A DNA stretch of 54,578 nt, taken from the IMG/VR virus record IMGVR_UViG_3300013383_000019; one strand, 5' to 3'. Position numbers and translations under genes: made by a program. This DNA is from a virus (Duplodnaviria; Heunggongvirae; Uroviricota; Caudoviricetes). The notes below the pieces were generated by a model that had not been told where the DNA came from, searched no databases, and was given only the letters and a program-made list of their open reading frames with translations. Of this stretch, positions 49,824 to 54,578 are shown piece by piece (the stretch's first letter is position 1; each line of letters opens with the position of its first letter).

Positions 49824-49900
49824 TGGTGAGCGGTGAGGAGTTCGAATCCTCAACTCGCGAGATTAGAAGTCGCTGTGTCTGCCAATTGCACCAACCGCCC
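49824..49900 (-). tRNA. Amber suppressor tRNA (anticodon CUA) with Leu-type identity elements
   Basis: GGGCGGT TG GTGCAATTGGCAGACAC A GCGAC TT-CTA-AT CTCGC GAGTT GAGGA TTCGAAC TCCTC ACCGCTC A CCA; anticodon at 49864-49866; A73, A15-U48, A20a, G21. Confidence 0.85.
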
Positions 49901-49915
49901 AAGTCAAGATATCCT

Positions 49916-49974
49916 GGACGCGTTTCTAAAATGCAAGTTACAAATTTGCTCTAGAATGTTTGCTGTAAGCGTCC
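49916..49974 (-). ncRNA. ACAGCAA hairpin motif, copy A
   Basis: GGACGC-TTACAGCAA...GCGTCC-AG; same pattern at 51317, 51404 and 51518. Confidence 0.6.
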
Positions 49975-49977
49975 AAA

Positions 49978-50050
49978 TGGAGCCGAGGGGATTCGAACCC
50001 CTAACCTCTCGCGTGCAAGGCGAGTACGCTGCCAATTGCGTCACGGCCCC
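49978..50050 (-). tRNA. tRNA-Ala(UGC), CCA not encoded
   Basis: Cloverleaf, G3-U70, anticodon TGC. Confidence 0.95.
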
Positions 50051-50133
50051 AAACGCCGGTTTCCCGGCGTCCAGAAAGGAGGTATTCAATGAAAAGCCGG
50101 CGTCGAGGCAGCAACTCTCCGCCGACACGATGC

Positions 50134-50209
50134 TGGAGCCGTCTCTCGGACTCGAACCGAGCGCCTGCGCTTTACAAGAGCGCTGCTCTGCCAAATGAGC
50201 TAAGACGGC
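50134..50209 (-). tRNA. tRNA-Thr(UGU)
   Basis: Cloverleaf, anticodon TGT, encoded CCA. Confidence 0.95.
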
Positions 50210-50211
50210 AA

Positions 50212-50282
50212 AGCGCGATACGGGATTTGAACCCGCTACAACGCCTTGGAAGGGCGTTATGTTACCGTTACATTAATCGCGC
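50212..50282 (-). tRNA. tRNA-Gly(UCC), CCA not encoded
   Basis: Cloverleaf, anticodon TCC, U73. Confidence 0.93.
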
Positions 50283-50396
50283 GGGTGAGGTTTGGCTCTT
50301 TGCGTATAACGCATTATCCCAGCCTCGAATTGGGGTGGCTTACTTTACTTCCAGCCGCCTTAGGAAGAATGGATTTGGCTCTAGGCGAATGAGCCA

Positions 50397-50467
50397 TTGC
50401 GCAGCCGGGATTCGAACCCGGATTACAGGAACATGAATCCCGCGTGCTGCCTTTACACTACCGCGCG
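50397..50467 (-). tRNA. tRNA(CAU), initiator-like
   Basis: Anticodon CAT, C1-A72 mismatch, G run at 28-30 rather than 29-31, CCA not encoded. Confidence 0.8.
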
Positions 50468-50481
50468 TCGTGTGTTATAAT
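50452..50481 (+). promoter_or_regulatory. Sigma-A promoter for 50569..50823; -35 lies inside the antisense tRNA(CAU) gene
   Basis: TTTACA-18 bp-TATAAT with extended TG. Confidence 0.65.
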
Positions 50482-50568
50482 AATGGCACAGCAGTATACT
50501 TCGAGTTTTCGCGAAGAACAGCCTTGGTTATTTTATTAGGGCGGAAAATAATTCAAGGAGGTTTTCTC

Positions 50569-50823
50569 ATGAACACTTAGAAGAAACTGTTTGTATAGCT
50601 GCTGTGCCTCGCCATCATGACTCCATTCCTTGGAGAATTTCTCTCCTTGCCGTCATGGTGGGCAGCCATAGCAGGTGCGCTGTGCGTCGTTCACGAAATT
50701 CTTTCGTTGGTCATTCCGACTCAGTACGCTAAGTTTGTTGAATGGACAAATCCGCAGAAACAGTGGAAGACCCGCCTGAAAAGGCGAAGACGACGACATA
50801 ACGCTGGAAGCCGTTTCCGTTAA
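50569..50823 (+). CDS. 84-aa membrane protein, paralog A, two in-frame TAGs (codons 4 and 10)
   Basis: AAGGAGG RBS; MNT*KKLFV*LLCLAIMTPFLGEFLSLP...WKTRLKRRRRRH; TAGs at 50578 and 50596. Confidence 0.85.
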
Positions 50824-50836
50824 GGAGCGGCTTTTG
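50808..50836 (+). terminator. Terminator of paralog A
   Basis: AAGCCGTTTCC/GGAGCGGCTT plus TT. Confidence 0.75.
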
Positions 50837-50844
50837 CTATTTAT

Positions 50845-50931
50845 TGGCGGAGAGAGCCTGATTCGAACAGGCGCGCCTTACGGCCTATCGGTTTAGCAAA
50901 CCGACCTCTTAAACCGCTTGAGTATCTCTCC
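50845..50931 (-). tRNA. tRNA-Ser(GCU)
   Basis: Class II cloverleaf with long variable arm, G73, encoded CCA. Confidence 0.95.
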
Positions 50932-50946
50932 ATAATATGCTATACT
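50918..50946 (+). promoter_or_regulatory. Sigma-A promoter for 51034..51288; -35 lies inside the antisense tRNA-Ser gene
   Basis: TTGAGT-17 bp-TATACT with extended TG. Confidence 0.7.
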
Positions 50947-51033
50947 GTTCGTACGGGCTGGAACGCTCTGACTTTCCGCGGTTGCCGCATGTGTGTTTTA
51001 TTGGCGAGAAAAACATCACATGGAGGTACACCA

Positions 51034-51288
51034 ATGAAAACATAGAGAATTCTGCTCGTCATCCTTTTGTGTGCGGCGTTCGCCGTATCGTTCCTGGCGG
51101 ATTATTTCCCGCTACCGCGTGCGATTGTCAGTATAGCAAAAGGTGTTTGTGCCGCCAAGGAATTCTTGGCGCTGCTCTTTCCCGCGACGTATGCCACGTA
51201 GCTGGAACGACCACTTGGGCGGAAGCGCTGGAAAACTCGCCTGATAAGAAGATCCAAACGGCGCAAACAAACAGGGGCTGCCCGATAA
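51034..51288 (+). CDS. 84-aa membrane protein, paralog B, two in-frame TAGs (codons 4 and 56); missed by the ORF track
   Basis: GGAGG RBS; MKT*RILLVILLCAAFAVSFLADYFPLP...YAT*LERPLGRKRWKTRLIRR; same length as A and alignable without gaps. Confidence 0.85.
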
Positions 51289-51306
51289 GGGCGGCTCTTG
51301 TTTCTT
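51274..51306 (+). terminator. Terminator of paralog B
   Basis: GGGGCTGCCC/GGGCGGCTCT plus TGTTTCTT. Confidence 0.75.
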
Positions 51307-51316
51307 AAATAAGACT

Positions 51317-51374
51317 GGGCGTGTTATGAAATAAAGATTACGAATCTTCTCCAAATAGATTGCTGTTAGCGCCC
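51317..51374 (-). ncRNA. ACAGCAA hairpin motif, copy B
   Basis: GGGCG-CTAACAGCAA...CGCCC-AGTCTTA. Confidence 0.6.
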
Positions 51375-51377
51375 GCT

Positions 51378-51501
51378 ACCGCGCGCCCGGACTTGAACCG
51401 GGAATGCGCAGGATGTCATCAAAAAACTTGCTGTCAGCGCACCACTATATAAACCGTGCGCGTTTCTTTTCCCTGTCGCTCTACCATTGAGCTACACGCG
51501 G
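51378..51501 (-). ncRNA. tRNA-like RNA with a 59-nt insert replacing the anticodon loop
   Basis: Acceptor CCGCGTG/CGCGCGG, canonical D arm and T arm, CAGG/CCTG stem enclosing 51413-51471; overlaps ACAGCAA motif copy D. Confidence 0.75.
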
Positions 51502-51517
51502 ATAATGCAGTAAGACT

Positions 51518-51607
51518 GGGCGCATGTTTTTGATGAATCACTGATGTCAAACCAGTGACTGAAAGTTTTCATTAGAACTTATATCAATTGTGTTGCTGTC
51601 AGCGCCC
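51518..51607 (-). ncRNA. ACAGCAA hairpin motif, copy C
   Basis: GGGCGC-TGACAGCAA...GCGCCC-AGTCTTA. Confidence 0.6.
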
Positions 51608-51672
51608 AATATTCAGTTGTCAATGTTCGCCGTGAACTTTTGCGTTCACTATTAAAGGGAACATTTTAAGGG

Positions 51673-52461
51673 TCATTTTTTCACTTTTGCAAAAACTTTT
51701 TCAACTTTTTCCAAAGTTTTTTCATCCGCGATTCCATTCGCTGGCAATGTGTTGTCCTGCTGAAATCTCTTCACCGCTCGCTGTGTGAGCGCACCGAACT
51801 TACCGTCCGCCGCCCCACAGGAATACCCGATTTCATTCAGCCGATTCTGAAGCATACGGACATCGTTCCCACTCGACCCACGCTTCAATATAGTTCTTTT
51901 TATAGGGCTCGGCTTAGCTTCTGGTTCGGATTCGGGTTCACTGCTTCCTGTATATGTAAGTGCCGGCATCTCGAACCAGTGTGTAAAATTCCGATCCGCG
52001 ACATTCGCCTCGACAATCCCTGTGGCAAACCCGCGAGCCTCAACCAGTTTCCCGCCTCCGATATAAACACCCACATGCCCGCTACGCCACAGTATCAAGC
52101 CAGGACACTCCGGCAACGTGTTGATTATTCCCCATTTCAGCCCGCGCTGCTTCGCATAGGAAAACATCCCGTTCGCGCCTCTATCGGGGCAGCCATTCGA
52201 CCCATATCGCATCTTGCCGGTTTCTTCGTCCGTCCACATATACCCCTTGATGAGCCCGATACAGTCTGCGCATTTTTTGCCGGCTTCTATATCTGCGCGA
52301 TAGCGCGGCATCCTTGCCGCCGTATAATGCGCCGGGTACTGAGCTGCCTTGCGCTTCAACAGCGCGGTTGTACAATCATGGCAATGCGTGCCATACCAAT
52401 AAGGTTGTCCAACCCATTCTTTTACAAATGCAACCAGACCGGCCGCAGTCTTTATCGCCAT
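51673..52461 (-). CDS. NlpC/P60-family peptidoglycan hydrolase with PG-binding domain
   Basis: DC.GLIKG catalytic Cys, GHVGVYIG, C-terminal L..GS.G.DV..LQ..L...ADG.FG..T..AV..FQ. Confidence 0.9.
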   Translation of the reverse strand: MAIKTAAGLVAFVKEWVGQPYWYGTHCHDCTTALLKRKAAQYPAHYTAARMPRYRADIEAGKKCADCIGLIKGYMWTDEETGKMRYGSNGCPDRGANGMFSYAKQRGLKWGIINTLPECPGLILWRSGHVGVYIGGGKLVEARGFATGIVEANVADRNFTHWFEMPALTYTGSSEPESEPEAKPSPIKRTILKRGSSGNDVRMLQNRLNEIGYSCGAADGKFGALTQRAVKRFQQDNTLPANGIADEKTLEKVEKVFAKVKK

Positions 52462-52462
52462 T

Positions 52463-53179
52463 TCAGCTCACCCTCTCAACAAACTCATCAACTATACGGT
52501 TCAAATCCTGATCGAAGAACGCAACAATCTTTCCATTCTTTACAGCGCACGCAATATGATCCATATCATAAAGCTCGCCCTCGCGGGTCTGCTTCACGCC
52601 ATATTGTTCTACCTGCAAAGAAATATGGTATCGGTTGCCAAACAGCTCAAACTCATTGCCTGTGTCAACAACCGGGAAAAAGAATTCACACGCGCCGAGC
52701 TCATTTCGAATTTGCTCGGAGCGGACAATGCGTGATACTCGCTTCGGCTTCTTTTTCGGGGCGGCTCTGCGCCGCTCCATGCGCTCAGCTTTGCGGTCAA
52801 GATTCTCAAGCAGAATCTCAAACCCGCTTTCGTCTTCATCTTCGGGGGGAGCACCATTGCCGTAAAGAGTGTATTCCACGCTGTGGGGGCAGGAAGATAC
52901 CGGGACTTCCCTCTTACCATTCAGAATATCCTTGTAATCAGTCACGATACCTTCTGTGTCGGAACGCATCAAAAAATATGCAAGCCCGTCGAGGAAGGTC
53001 TTCACCTTATCCTCCGGAGTCCGCTGATCATAATGCCGCGTGCTGATCCAGTTGTTTTCGCAATACTGCTTCCAGACTTCGATCTATTCGGCTATCGCCT
53101 TAGACCTCTGTTCACTGTCTGCAACGCGCAGCTTCTTTACTTTCCCGTTCGGGGTAATAACATTGTAACCAAGTATAAT
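52463..53179 (-). CDS. Conserved phage protein with in-frame TAG (53084-53086); start uncertain (ATT 53179, ATA 53176 or TTG 53209)
   Basis: GGGAGGG RBS, then ILGYNVITPNGKVKKL...SKAIAE*IEVWKQYCENNW...DKVKTFLDG in frame with ORF 52463..53005. Confidence 0.75.
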
Positions 53180-53211
53180 CAGTCCCTCCCTTATATTAAT
53201 ATCAAACAAGT

Positions 53212-53598
53212 TCAGTTTTTCGTAGACACATAAGTAGCATCCCACCGGGATTCGTTACATTTACAAATTTTCTGCACCGCCCGCCGAAACCAGACACTCA
53301 CCGTCGGGTGCTTGACGTTATTCATTTCAGCAATGTCCATAACTGTGTAGCCGCGCATCAGCTTATTCACGGTATATAGTTCCGCTTTCGATAGCCCGCA
53401 TTCCGCGATCAGCCGGTCAAGATCAGCATATGTGCAAATCACAGCGTCGTTGAAGCGGGGAACCCCGGTTGTTTCCGTGGGTCCCGCCGCCGCCAGTTCA
53501 GGGTAGAAAGATGGGTCGAGTTTGCCCCGCCCGGAAATCAGAAGCGACACCACGCGCGGTTCGCTCAGGCTGACATACCCTTCAGCATTTACATTCAT
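53212..53598 (-). CDS. Protein with sigma-70 region 4-like HTH (128 aa)
   Basis: LS..E...V...M.GYT..DIA......TVS....RA..KI motif. Confidence 0.7.
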   Translation of the reverse strand: MNVNAEGYVSLSEPRVVSLLISGRGKLDPSFYPELAAAGPTETTGVPRFNDAVICTYADLDRLIAECGLSKAELYTVNKLMRGYTVMDIAEMNNVKHPTVSVWFRRAVQKICKCNESRWDATYVSTKN

Positions 53599-54577
53599 CG
53601 AGCATCCCCTCCTTTGCGTGCGCAAGCAAGTCGGAAATATCAACGCCGTACTGTTTCGCAAACGTCAGCGTGCAGCTCATTGCCGCCGGCCACTCGTCGT
53701 CGCGCAGCATATCAAGATAAGAGCCTTTGCTGCCAACCTGCCGCCTTCCGATGCTAATGCCTTCCTTGTTGTACATCAGGCTCTTCCAGCAATTCCACAT
53801 CTTGCCATATTTCCATTCGCCGCCGTCAGGATAACGGATGCCGGCGATACGACGCACAACCGCGTTAATGAGCTTGCGGGTATCCCACTCCATTTCTTCC
53901 TTGAGCAGAACCTTGTTCTCAGCGTCGAGCCTTTCGTTATCATCCACCAGATTTTTGTTGGCCTCGCGCAGCGCTTTATTATTCCGGCTGAGATACTCTG
54001 TGAGCTGGGTCATATAGCTCGACGCCTCAATTATATTGCCGTTCGTAAAAGCTTCCCCAATACGCTTATACAGAATCACCTCTTTGTCGAGATCCTCAAC
54101 CGCTGCAAAACCAGGTACCTTCTCAAACACATTCAACAACTGCGTGCGCACCTCGGTTGCAACCCTCGAGCCGGGCATCAACATACCGATGCGAAGAACA
54201 GCACGGCGAGAAAAAACGCGGGTGCCACGGTTGCTAATTGTAATCACAACCCCGTCGCCGAAATCAATAAGGGAGCTTCCACGGGTGCTGTTTTTGAACT
54301 GAACAGGCTGTTCAGTTCTAACATTGCCAGTACCTAACTGGACTTCCTGTCCAGTTAGCCTATCTGCATCTTTAACCTGAATTCCGGGTTCAGTTAAAAA
54401 ATCCGCCGCCTTCTTCACCGCGGTACCGTCCGAATCGATCTCCGCCTTGTGCCGCTGATACACACGACGCATTGTATCGATATCAACCTCGTAATACTCC
54501 GCCACCTGCCGCGTAGTCATAAAATCTGTGCCGGGAATGGTAAGCAGGCGCTTCACCTTCTCGAGCGCTTCGATGCG
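53582..54577 (-). CDS. Phage antirepressor-like DNA-binding protein, 5'-truncated by window
   Basis: RIEALEKVK.LL..PG..FMTT.QVA.YYEV and FS.RA.LRIGML...S.VA..VR..LLN motifs. Confidence 0.7.
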   Translation of the reverse strand, partial: RIEALEKVKRLLTIPGTDFMTTRQVAEYYEVDIDTMRRVYQRHKAEIDSDGTAVKKAADFLTEPGIQVKDADRLTGQEVQLGTGNVRTEQPVQFKNSTRGSSLIDFGDGVVITISNRGTRVFSRRAVLRIGMLMPGSRVATEVRTQLLNVFEKVPGFAAVEDLDKEVILYKRIGEAFTNGNIIEASSYMTQLTEYLSRNNKALREANKNLVDDNERLDAENKVLLKEEMEWDTRKLINAVVRRIAGIRYPDGGEWKYGKMWNCWKSLMYNKEGISIGRRQVGSKGSYLDMLRDDEWPAAMSCTLTFAKQYGVDISDLLAHAKEGMLDECKC

Positions 54578-54578
54578 C

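Noticed and set aside
49855-49875. Reading the same tRNA as Arg(UCU) via loop CTTCTAA
   Set aside because: That register gives 3 of 5 stem pairs and leaves no base 26. The CUA register gives 4 of 5 with canonical numbering, and the D loop is Leu-like with no A20.
49824-49900. UAG = Gln (code 15), Trp or pyrrolysine
   Set aside because: The tRNA lacks Gln (U1-A72, G73), Trp (G73) and Pyl features, and no pyl genes are in the window. Gln fits poorly in signal/TM cores and the Y..LD motif. Trp fits site 1806 but not most others. Not formally excluded without alignments or MS.
50051-50133. HDV-like (theta) ribozyme after tRNA-Thr
   Set aside because: P1/P2/P3-like pairings can be drawn, but the P1.1 GG and a convincing catalytic J4/2 strand are missing
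49246-50436. Track ORFs across the tRNA cluster (49246..49548, 49567..49902, 49904..50194 and others)
   Set aside because: They overlap tRNA genes and hairpin RNAs and lack RBS or protein-like composition
1536-53209. TAG-interrupted genes as pseudogenes of a decaying prophage or sequencing errors
   Set aside because: All 14 interruptions are TAG. I saw no TAA/TGA nonsense or unexplained frameshift in genes I accept, positions are 5'-biased, and a CUA tRNA is present.
1258-53598. TGA reassignment
   Set aside because: TGA ends many genes at proper boundaries, including ATGA overlaps, and no gene needs TGA readthrough

Overview
Late (structural and lysis) half of a large temperate siphovirus-like phage of a GC-rich Firmicute, probably Clostridia; host is inferred only. 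Almost all genes are on the - strand: regulators, NlpC/P60 lysin, tRNA cluster, phosphoesterase, terminase, portal, protease, capsid, neck, tail tube, chaperones, tape measure, Dit, tail fibres and lysis cassette, converging on a + strand large serine recombinase. Main result: the ORF track is broken because this phage appears to read UAG as an amino acid, most likely leucine. I found 14 in-frame TAG codons in 12 otherwise intact genes, 13 of them within the first 57 codons, in contexts that favour Leu (MNT*KKLFV*LLCL, MKT*RILLVILLC, CILLT*VFMM, YKK*DIVEYEG, AIAE*IEVW). The tRNA cluster has a CUA-anticodon tRNA (49824-49900) with tRNA-Leu-type identity elements, and every phage gene I accept except the integrase ends in TAA or TGA. 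This looks like an amber-gated, Leu-inserting translational switch on tail, lysis and membrane genes rather than genome-wide recoding. Also present: three ORF-less group I introns (two in the tail tube gene, one in the tape measure gene), a -1 frameshift tail chaperone, two PBECR4-like RNase cassettes behind structured repeat RNAs (type III TA-like), HigBA, a tRNA-like RNA with a 59-nt anticodon insert, and a repeated ACAGCAA hairpin RNA motif. Family names come from motif recognition, not database searches.
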